A stretch of 36,809 nucleotides of DNA from a virus (taxonomy: Duplodnaviria; Caudoviricetes), in IMG/VR virus record IMGVR_UViG_3300032330_002083, positions 1-36,809 of that record; one strand, given 5' to 3'. The notes below the pieces were generated by a model. The model did no database searches, had not been told where the DNA came from, and saw only the letters and a program-made list of their open reading frames with translations. Made by a program: the position numbers and the translations under genes. Below are positions 8,259 to 15,702 of the stretch, one piece after another (positions within the stretch are counted from its first letter, which is position 1; the number at the start of each line of letters is the position of its first letter).

Positions 8259-8638
8259 AAAAACAACCCGAATACACATTACAAACCCAAGTCTGCAACT
8301 ACCTCAGAATAAAATATAAAGAAGTACTATTTATGTCTGATACGGTGGCCAGCCTAAAACTAACCCAAGCACAAGCCATCAGAAACAAAGCAATCCAAAA
8401 ACAAACATTCAAAACCCCAGATCTAATTATTTTTCACCCTAAAAAACAATATCATGGGATGTTCCTTGAGCTAAAAGTAGCAACGCCATACCTAAAAGAC
8501 GGCCACACCCCAAAATCCGAACACATAGCAGGGCAGCTAAAAACAATTCAAACCCTCCGCTACCTCGGCTATTATGCAAACTTTGGAGTAGGTTTCGAAG
8601 ATTGCAAAAAACAGATTGATTTATATTTTAATAATTAA
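8255..8638 (+). CDS. VRR-NUC / PD-(D/E)xK nuclease (start corrected to MKKQPE)
   Basis: E..LQ, PDL, FLELK and Q......L...GY motifs; ATGA coupling. Confidence 0.85.
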   Translation: MKKQPEYTLQTQVCNYLRIKYKEVLFMSDTVASLKLTQAQAIRNKAIQKQTFKTPDLIIFHPKKQYHGMFLELKVATPYLKDGHTPKSEHIAGQLKTIQTLRYLGYYANFGVGFEDCKKQIDLYFNN

Positions 8639-8643
8639 ATGAA

Positions 8644-9741
8644 ATGGAAGAAATAAAAGAATATATTAACAAAGACTTATATGGTCAGAGTTATAAGCAA
8701 TTTTGTGAACATACTAACATAGGCCTTAATATTAATGAAGAATCTCTAATTGGTAAAATTGAATGGGCATTATTAATGCTTGATGCTCCATCAGAAAGTG
8801 CAAGAGCTGGAGAATCATTAGTTGATTTTTCACTAAGAAAATATGATGGCGTTAATTTGATGGTAGAAAGATTTGATGGTAGTGAAATGAGTTTTTTGAA
8901 TCCCGAACGTGAATTTGGCATTAATGCTGATTTATTTGATTATAATTTTGATTCTAAAATTATGAACTTTGGTGGTGATGGGTCTACATTGAATAGTATG
9001 GTAAGATTTAAAGAATTATCTATTGAAGAAAAGAGAGGTATATGTCAGCCACATGAAAAAGCTTACGGCCATTATTTATCTTTTTATAGTAAGGAAAACA
9101 AATGGTTTAATTTTTATCAAAATTATAAATCTGTTGACATATTTAAAACAAATTGCATACATAAAGATGCTTACATTAAGGGCCTTGAAGATTTAGGAAT
9201 TTTTGTAGGTAAAGATGTAACAATAGCAGGAAAAGTCTACTCATGGGAAGGATTTGTTAAAAACATTATTGGAAAACGATATTTGTCAATTATTTCTAAT
9301 AAACCAGGCTTTTATTATAACCCAAATGAGGTAATGCATTATACAACAACAAATTCTTATTTAGAAACTGTTAGAAATTACCAAACTGCTATATCATGTC
9401 AGTTAACATTCCATTATGAATGGCATTTATATTTAAAAGAAAATTCAAATTCTATTGGTTTTAAAATTCCATTTTTGCCATCCTCTTTTAAAGAAATATC
9501 AGCATTAAGAAATTTAGAGAAAGGTGATAAAAGAAAAACCGCAATACTTCATTTTGTGAATCAGCATTATAGAAGAGAAAGAAAAGCCTCAAATTACAAT
9601 GAAGCAGAAAATAAAATTTTAGTTAGTAAATATCTTCGTGGAGAAACAAAATTTAATTGGAATGGCCTTGAAGTAAATTTAATTCCATCAAGGTCTGATA
9701 TAATTAACACAAAATCAAAAAAGAAATTCTTAAATATTTAA
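8644..9741 (+). CDS. Hypothetical 365-aa accessory protein
   Basis: Long intact ORF; C-terminal HFVNQHYR...V..YLRG motif; more T-ending codons than the upstream genes, judged by eye. Confidence 0.75.
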   Translation: MEEIKEYINKDLYGQSYKQFCEHTNIGLNINEESLIGKIEWALLMLDAPSESARAGESLVDFSLRKYDGVNLMVERFDGSEMSFLNPEREFGINADLFDYNFDSKIMNFGGDGSTLNSMVRFKELSIEEKRGICQPHEKAYGHYLSFYSKENKWFNFYQNYKSVDIFKTNCIHKDAYIKGLEDLGIFVGKDVTIAGKVYSWEGFVKNIIGKRYLSIISNKPGFYYNPNEVMHYTTTNSYLETVRNYQTAISCQLTFHYEWHLYLKENSNSIGFKIPFLPSSFKEISALRNLEKGDKRKTAILHFVNQHYRRERKASNYNEAENKILVSKYLRGETKFNWNGLEVNLIPSRSDIINTKSKKKFLNI

Positions 9742-9920
9742 AATTATAAAATAATTGTATCCATTATCTTCCAGACATCGGGAAGATGATAATTAACCAC
9801 CTTTGCAAATATCATCGGGTTCGGGCGAAAATAACGGAACGGCTTCATGCCGTGCTACTGAGACGGACAATGTTCGTAAAAGATTATTGATATTTGCATT
9901 ATTAAAAAATAAATAAAATA

Positions 9921-9990
9921 AATCTTGAAAAATGTATTGCATATTTCAAGATTAGTTGTATATTTGTATTGTTATCAGCAACGAAGCTGA
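9921..9990 (+). promoter_or_regulatory. Cassette-1 promoter, operator and leader hairpin
   Basis: Inverted repeat AATCTTGAAA(9921-9930)-N13-TTTCAAGATT(9944-9953); TATATTTG -7 box at 9959-9966; hairpin TCAGC-AACGAA-GCTGA at 9975-9990. Confidence 0.7.
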
Positions 9991-10010
9991 AACGCAAAAC
10001 TTTTAAGAAA

Positions 10011-10286
10011 ATGTCAAATGTATTATCACTTTCAATTGAAGAGCAAAATAATTTCAATCAATCAGTACTTTCTGCAATCATTTTTGACAATAAGCATTAT
10101 GCTGAAGAATCAGAAGAAAATGTAGCTGATTATTTTATTAGAGACTTTGAAGAAAGTCCAGAAGGCTGGAATCCTTGTTTTGAATATAGCTATGATGAAG
10201 TTTCAACAAAAGCAAAGCAAGAAAGAAAAAGTATTTTGATTAATATGTTAGTTTCAGAAGGTTATATACCGACGCAAGAAGATTAA
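10011..10286 (+). CDS. Small acidic protein (cassette-1 cargo; anti-defence candidate)
   Basis: ATG at 10011 after an A-rich start region; about 19 D/E versus 6 K/R in 91 aa. Confidence 0.7.
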   Translation: MSNVLSLSIEEQNNFNQSVLSAIIFDNKHYAEESEENVADYFIRDFEESPEGWNPCFEYSYDEVSTKAKQERKSILINMLVSEGYIPTQED

Positions 10287-10292
10287 TCAAAA

Positions 10293-10330
10293 AAAAGCCC
10301 TCTCAGTTGCTCTAACAACTTTGAGGGCTT
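10293..10330 (+). ncRNA. Conserved 38-nt structured RNA element, copy 1
   Basis: 33/38 identical to 33194-33231 with structure-preserving changes. Confidence 0.7.
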
Positions 10331-10354
10331 TAAAACTTTTAAGAAATCAAATAT

Positions 10355-10585
10355 ATGGAAGAAAGCCAAATAAATCAATACGGAGGTAAGCGTAAAGGTG
10401 CTGGAAGAAAGAAAGGCACAAATAAAACCGCAAAGACCTTTAAAATTGATAATGACCTTTGCGAATACCTTACAAACAAAGTCGGCAATCAAAATGCTTA
10501 TATCAATATGTTAATTCGCTCATATAAAGAAAACAGCGAAGCACTCATAAAAAAAATTGATAAAATATTAGAACAAGAAAAATAA
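10355..10585 (+). CDS. Small DNA-binding regulator (GGKRKGAGRK motif + ribbon-helix-helix-like)
   Basis: GGKRKGAGRKK followed by KTFKID..L..YL......N.YIN.LI RHH-like pattern. Confidence 0.75.
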   Translation: MEESQINQYGGKRKGAGRKKGTNKTAKTFKIDNDLCEYLTNKVGNQNAYINMLIRSYKENSEALIKKIDKILEQEK

Positions 10586-10600
10586 ATGTTTTAATATTGT

Positions 10601-10715
10601 GAGTCGTTAGCAACGGAATAGTAATATAAAGTACAAAATCACAATCGCACCTCAACGCTAACGACCTCGAAATCGCACCAAATGGAATTTTAAGCCTCGT
10701 CATACGGGGCTTTTT
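10601..10715 (+). ncRNA. Candidate ~110-nt sRNA
   Basis: -7-like TAATATTG at 10592-10599, 9-bp stem (10603-10611 with 10657-10665), ends in a terminator. Confidence 0.4.
10692..10715 (+). terminator. Intrinsic terminator at the early/late convergence point
   Basis: AAGCCTCGT-CAT-ACGGGGCTT followed by a T-run. Confidence 0.75.
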
Positions 10716-10721
10716 GCATTT

Positions 10722-10961
10722 TTACTCATCAAAATTATCTTTCTTATAGCCCTCTAAGAAAAACCCCAAAAATAAAAACGTTGATGATATTATAGCCAAA
10801 GCCTTAGGCTGAATCATATCAGTAATGTTTACACCGGCATTGTCTATTATAATTCCTGTGGCAACTGTACCAATCCCTAAAGCAGTATTATACCACTTCT
10901 TCATTGTTACCAAAAAGGCATACAAATCAGGCGAAAGCCATTTAAAATATTTTCTCGGCAT
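10722..10961 (-). CDS. Holin-like membrane protein
   Basis: Two hydrophobic segments and a charged C-terminus at the end of the lysis region. Confidence 0.55.
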   Translation of the reverse strand: MPRKYFKWLSPDLYAFLVTMKKWYNTALGIGTVATGIIIDNAGVNITDMIQPKALAIISSTFLFLGFFLEGYKKDNFDE

Positions 10962-11212
10962 TATTTTTTACATTTAAAAAGGTTCTTAAAATTTATCCAG
11001 TTCTGAATGTACGTGTGAAATCCTCCATCTTTTTCAATCTGTTTGAGTAATCCGTACAAGCCAACAATAATAGTTATAGAGATAGAAAAGTTCTGCATAG
11101 AAATAAAATGCGAATTAAGTATCATAAAAAGTATGTTTGATAATCCTACAATTAATACAGGACTTTCGTTTGAAAAGTTTTGTTGCATTTTATTAAAATT
11201 TATGTTTTCCAA
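10961..11212 (-). CDS. Holin-like membrane protein
   Basis: Two TM-like segments, basic C-terminus, coupled to its neighbour. Confidence 0.55.
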   Translation of the reverse strand: MENINFNKMQQNFSNESPVLIVGLSNILFMILNSHFISMQNFSISITIIVGLYGLLKQIEKDGGFHTYIQNWINFKNLFKCKK

Positions 11213-12408
11213 TCAAATAAATATTCTTTTGTTTCTTTGCTATTTTCGGTATAATTAAAAAATACAAAGCCCGATTTTCCCCTTGCAAAATTAGTCTGCA
11301 CCCAGTCGCTGGACGGACTTAAAGCAGGATAGTTGTAATAATTGAATTTAGATGGGGTGCTGTCAAATAAATATTGATGGCTGTCTCCCTTAGAAAATTC
11401 AATCGTACTACCTTGTTTAAATAGGTAATTAACATCTATGTACTCATTTATTTTTTTCTCGTGTACATCGTCCAGTTTCGGTTTAAACCCAAATTTCAAG
11501 TTTTTATCGTCTTTTCCGTGAGTCAAAATAAAAGTAAAATTTCCCACCTTATAATGCCCAATAAACTTCCGCTGATTCTCCACAAGCACATTATTAGGGT
11601 ATTTTAATTCGGCAATTACCTTAAAGGCACTATTCACAATATACCCAAAATCCGCTGAGTGATTATCTACGCAAATATTGTGAATAAATATCTTGTCGTA
11701 ATATTTTATCAAATTGTCCACCATCTGCACCTTGAAACTTATACCGCAGTCAAACGCCTGTTGATTGCTCATATTTTGAGGTAAATCGTGTCCTTTTCTC
11801 GCTGTCTGACCATCCCAACCATCCATATAATCGCCTAAATCATCAATGTATAGCACATTAGATTTTTGATGTCTTACAACGTGGTTTATGATAATATTCA
11901 ATCTTTCAAATAATTCCTCCGCATCCCATTTTCCACCGTAAAGGCTATTACCTTCGGGATTTACATTCATACCAATATGCGTATCGGTATAAACTAATCT
12001 ATCAAAAAAACCTATTTTCTTTTTCTTTTTTGCAACCTCAACTGGCTTAAACTCTTCACTAAAAATCGCCTTAAAATCAATTTCCTTAACTGCTTGCTCC
12101 TGTACATCTACATAATTAGGATTCTTAACAAAAGCCGATATTTCCTTCGTTTTAAACCACAAATGCTTCATTGCACTATTCGGCACGTCAATACTTTCAG
12201 TTGCATTATAAACGCCCTCGTGTTCGTCAAGTATCGCCTTACGGTTTCGTGCAATTTGCTTTCGTAATGTTCCAAAACTCGGATGATTTTCCCCTAAATC
12301 GCTATCCTCAGCCAAAACTCTTTTTGCAATGATAGAATCATTTAAGTCCTGATTATTAGTCAAAACTTCAATAATTTTATCCTTGTATTTCTTGAATATT
12401 TCGCTCAT
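11200..12408 (-). CDS. Calcineurin-like metallophosphoesterase with N-terminal helical extension
   Basis: DxH (TDTHIG), GD (DLGDYMD), xNH (DNHS), THG and GDSH motifs. Confidence 0.8.
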   Translation of the reverse strand: MSEIFKKYKDKIIEVLTNNQDLNDSIIAKRVLAEDSDLGENHPSFGTLRKQIARNRKAILDEHEGVYNATESIDVPNSAMKHLWFKTKEISAFVKNPNYVDVQEQAVKEIDFKAIFSEEFKPVEVAKKKKKIGFFDRLVYTDTHIGMNVNPEGNSLYGGKWDAEELFERLNIIINHVVRHQKSNVLYIDDLGDYMDGWDGQTARKGHDLPQNMSNQQAFDCGISFKVQMVDNLIKYYDKIFIHNICVDNHSADFGYIVNSAFKVIAELKYPNNVLVENQRKFIGHYKVGNFTFILTHGKDDKNLKFGFKPKLDDVHEKKINEYIDVNYLFKQGSTIEFSKGDSHQYLFDSTPSKFNYYNYPALSPSSDWVQTNFARGKSGFVFFNYTENSKETKEYLFDWKT

Positions 12409-12411
12409 ATT

Positions 12412-12747
12412 TTAGTTTTTAAGCCATCCAAACAAACGAACAAAATAATACATTGCGTAACATTGCCAATGGCGAAGTTGTGTTTCCTTTAGCAATTCAA
12501 AAAAAATATCATCACACCGTTTACGATTTACAATCTTGTTTCGAGAAAGATAATCGTGTACAACCGCAGCATTAACCGAAAGACCGTGTGGCGGAATTAT
12601 AAACCACAAAAGGCGTGGCGAACTGACTAAATCAGTTTGAAAGCCCTCGTTGATTATAATTCCGTACTGGTTTAGCAAGCAGTTATCTGTCACCTGCCAG
12701 TTTAGTTTATCCACTTTTTTGAGCCTTATTTCGGGGTATATTGTCAT
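12412..12747 (-). CDS. DUF1353-family protein (start corrected to MTIYPE)
   Basis: GF.TDL.S.PR..W...PP.G....AAVVHDYL......R..CD..F motif; ATGA coupling at 12744-12747. Confidence 0.88.
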   Translation of the reverse strand: MTIYPEIRLKKVDKLNWQVTDNCLLNQYGIIINEGFQTDLVSSPRLLWFIIPPHGLSVNAAVVHDYLSRNKIVNRKRCDDIFFELLKETQLRHWQCYAMYYFVRLFGWLKN

Positions 12748-13178
12748 TCTTGTTGCTCGCTCAACGGTTTTAGCGTGTATCCGTAACCGCCAGCTAATTG
12801 TCCTGCTGCTGCGTACTTTTCGGCAATTGTACCGTATTCTAACTTCTTGCAAATATCTATTATTAGTACCTTTGCATTAGGTAAAGGTATTTTCATATTG
12901 GTAGATAATTCACTTGCCATCTTGTAATTATCGGTATTAAGACCACCATAAGATTCTACGGAAGATGTCTTAAAGTCGATGTAAAATTGACGATAGAAGG
13001 TAGAATCACTTAAATTACATTCAATGTTATTGATAATTCTTGCACGAATCCCTTCAATTGTTATTGACTTGCGTGTTCCATCTTGGAATGTATAAGGATT
13101 TACTTTAAAAGTAAATGATTGTGCATTAGCAATAAATGCAGAAAAAATAATCGTAAATGTTAAGTAAGTAGTTTTCAT
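12744..13178 (-). CDS. Hypothetical protein with Sec signal peptide
   Basis: MKTTYLTFTIIFSAFIANA-Q. Confidence 0.7.
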   Translation of the reverse strand: MKTTYLTFTIIFSAFIANAQSFTFKVNPYTFQDGTRKSITIEGIRARIINNIECNLSDSTFYRQFYIDFKTSSVESYGGLNTDNYKMASELSTNMKIPLPNAKVLIIDICKKLEYGTIAEKYAAAGQLAGGYGYTLKPLSEQQE

Positions 13179-13199
13179 TATAGTTATTTAATTATATAG

Positions 13200-13613
13200 T
13201 TATTTGCATATATTTTTAGGCTTCTCAAAAACCTCTTTGTAGCAACCTGACTGAAACAAACCACGTTTGTCATAAATAAAATAGCGAATCAGGTCATTTG
13301 CTTCGTAGTGAGCAATAGCCTCATTTGCTTGCGTGCAATTGCTTTTAGCCTGTTTCACTTGCTTGTTTAGTTCGGCTATTACACTCTGTGCTTCACGCAA
13401 TTGTTGTGTGCTAACATCGCTGGTTTGGCTACAATCAAATAGCAAAGAATCTTTCAGCACAATTACTTTTTTTAAAGTGGCAATCGAATCAGTTTTCTTC
13501 TTAATAAACTTATCAGACACAAAAGAATGGTTATTTAGGTAGCGAGACACAAACAAGCCAACCGCCACAACAACGACGCCCAAAATGATTTGAAGTTTTA
13601 ATTTTGTAAACAT
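13200..13613 (-). CDS. Inner-membrane spanin-like protein
   Basis: N-terminal TM segment, coiled coil and Cys residues; directly downstream of the endolysin. Confidence 0.55.
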   Translation of the reverse strand: MFTKLKLQIILGVVVVAVGLFVSRYLNNHSFVSDKFIKKKTDSIATLKKVIVLKDSLLFDCSQTSDVSTQQLREAQSVIAELNKQVKQAKSNCTQANEAIAHYEANDLIRYFIYDKRGLFQSGCYKEVFEKPKNICK

Positions 13614-13668
13614 TATATTATTGGTTTAAAGTTTTCTTTAATAAGAAATTAAGTTATTAAACATTTTA

Positions 13669-14124
13669 TCAATTTTCTTTAAAATACAATTCTGCTTCTT
13701 TTTTTCGTCTAATCGTCAGTCCTCGCAGTTCGACTAACTGTCCATTCTTCCTCCCTTTGTTCCATTTCCAAAACTCCTGCTCAATACTTGCGTCATTAGG
13801 GTTTACCTTTACTTTTTTGCGTAAAGTACTTTTAAAAAACGCCCCTGTGCCTATATTATAAACAAGCGATGCCAAAGCATTAAACTGATTTTGATTCACA
13901 TTTTCAGGAATATATTTTGCAAAATCTTTTTCAAATATCGTTTCAAGCAATGTTGTAGCCTGTCCTTCCGTAATTGGTGAATCTTGCATTGTTACTTTTT
14001 GTCCATCAGGATAATAAGTATTACCATAGCCGATGGTAGGCACTCCAACCGCATCTATGTATGGCTTAGGCATAAATTTTTCAAAGCCTTTGATTAATTC
14101 TAACCCTTCTTTGCTTATTTTCAT
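13669..14124 (-). CDS. Endolysin, GH24 lysozyme
   Basis: IKGFE...Y.D..GV.TIGYG.T catalytic E-D-T pattern; NQNQF.AL.S..YNIG; GL..RR..EA.L. Confidence 0.95.
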   Translation of the reverse strand: MKISKEGLELIKGFEKFMPKPYIDAVGVPTIGYGNTYYPDGQKVTMQDSPITEGQATTLLETIFEKDFAKYIPENVNQNQFNALASLVYNIGTGAFFKSTLRKKVKVNPNDASIEQEFWKWNKGRKNGQLVELRGLTIRRKKEAELYFKEN

Positions 14125-14136
14125 TTTTCAAATATT

Positions 14137-15702
14137 TTACATAGCTGAATGCAATACTTTTTTCCACCCTGTACCATCGTAAAAGCACAAGACTGCTAAT
14201 GTCGTATTATAAACCGTCAATCCGTTCGCAGGTGATGTTATTGCATTAATTTGTGTTGTTGTCAAACGAGGAAATAATACTCCTTGTGTGGTAGATGTTA
14301 TGTCTAATAGTGCTGATGCAGCAGGTGTTGTAGTACCTATACCAATACTACCTTGAAAATATGATTTTGCAGGTGAATCTATAAACAAAGCATAATTATT
14401 TGCTGCTGCTGATACATTAAATACCCTTATTCCGTGATTAGTAGTTGCACCATCTGCATAAAAAAAACCTCCCATATTTAATGTAGCTCCAACCCCAGTT
14501 GCAGTACCAGCTACTGCATAATTACTTCCAGTAGTTTTTGCATTTATGGCTTGAAAAGCAATATCATTTGCAGTTGAAAAAACATTCAATGATTGTGTAC
14601 TTGGTGCTGCACCTATTCCTACATTTCCGTTTAGTTGAGTTGTGCCTGTTATTCTTGCTGTTCCATTTACATCAAGTTTAAATCCTGCGTCAGTTGTAGT
14701 ATTAATTCCTAAATTTCCGCTTGAATTAATTCGCATTCTCTCAGCATTTTGAGTAGAAAAAAGTAAATTTCCAGTACCAATGGAATTGATATTAAAATTT
14801 CCTGTACCAGAATGTTGCATTTCACTTGTAAATCCACCTCTACTTATTCTCAATCCATAATCAGTATTTGTTGCTTCACCCCCTAAATCAATATAAGAAG
14901 TTCCTGTACCAGTTCTATTTGTGCCTATTTCTACCCCAACAGTATTTGTCCCAGCGACCGCACCTATCGAGGTAAGTCCAGTTCCTCCCACAGCTAAATC
15001 TGTTGTAGAGGTAGTTTTAAAACTACCATTTACATCGAGTTTATACGAAGGTGCATTTATTCCTATTCCTACATTTCCACTGCTTGTAGCAAAGTTAGCA
15101 CCTAAAGTATTTGCAATGGTTGGTGCAGTTAGCGTTCCCGTTGCGGTCGGATTGCTAATAGGTAAATAAGTTGATGCAGCAGTAGAAGAACTTAAATACG
15201 TGCTATTATCGTATGATAAAGTAGTTCCACTCGCTTTTATAAAACCTGTGCCGTTAATTATCGCTTGTTTAGTATCTAAAGCCGTTTGTGTAGCTGTGCT
15301 AATAGGTTTAGCTGCATCAGTTGTATTATCAACATTACCCAAGCCTACCATTGATTTTGTTATACCGCTCACAGTCCCTGTAAAAGTCGGGCTGGCTATG
15401 TTAGCCTTTAAATTCAAAGCCGTTTGCGTGGCAGTTGAGATTGGTTTATTTGCATCACTCGTATTATCGACATTGCCCAAACCAACAGTATTTTTTGAAA
15501 AACTACCTGTTGATATATCATATCTTGTATTAAGACCTATTAGCCGTAAAGTGTCGTTAATCATGCCAAATCCGTAGTTAGCCGAATTCCCTTTGACTAC
15601 ATTTTTTCTTATAGCTGCCTCAGTTGTAGCCGTTATCGCAAAATTCTGAGCCTGTGCTACCGCTCCGAGTAGCATCAGGCAAATTGTGAGTAGTTTTTTC
15701 AT
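14137..15702 (-). CDS. Tail-fibre-like trimeric protein with N-terminal Sec signal peptide
   Basis: 2x VGLGNVDNT.D..KPISTATQTAL; repeated GNVGIG/KLDVNG units; ERMRI.S.GN.GI; C-terminal PRLTT...AI.SPA.GL.VY domain. Confidence 0.75.
   Translation of the reverse strand: MKKLLTICLMLLGAVAQAQNFAITATTEAAIRKNVVKGNSANYGFGMINDTLRLIGLNTRYDISTGSFSKNTVGLGNVDNTSDANKPISTATQTALNLKANIASPTFTGTVSGITKSMVGLGNVDNTTDAAKPISTATQTALDTKQAIINGTGFIKASGTTLSYDNSTYLSSSTAASTYLPISNPTATGTLTAPTIANTLGANFATSSGNVGIGINAPSYKLDVNGSFKTTSTTDLAVGGTGLTSIGAVAGTNTVGVEIGTNRTGTGTSYIDLGGEATNTDYGLRISRGGFTSEMQHSGTGNFNINSIGTGNLLFSTQNAERMRINSSGNLGINTTTDAGFKLDVNGTARITGTTQLNGNVGIGAAPSTQSLNVFSTANDIAFQAINAKTTGSNYAVAGTATGVGATLNMGGFFYADGATTNHGIRVFNVSAAANNYALFIDSPAKSYFQGSIGIGTTTPAASALLDITSTTQGVLFPRLTTTQINAITSPANGLTVYNTTLAVLCFYDGTGWKKVLHSAM
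15265..15495 (-). repeat. Two copies of the VGLGNVDNT fibre repeat (boundaries approximate)
   Basis: Visible in the translation. Confidence 0.8.

Noticed and set aside
9969-10010. Longer TTG-started versions of cassette cargo ORFs (9969; also 32769)
   Set aside because: They overlap the promoter/leader or the upstream gene; ATGs at 10011 and 32907 have the repeated start context
13200-13613. Embedded outer-membrane spanin
   Set aside because: The alternative-frame ATG I checked gives only 11 codons and I saw no lipobox ORF
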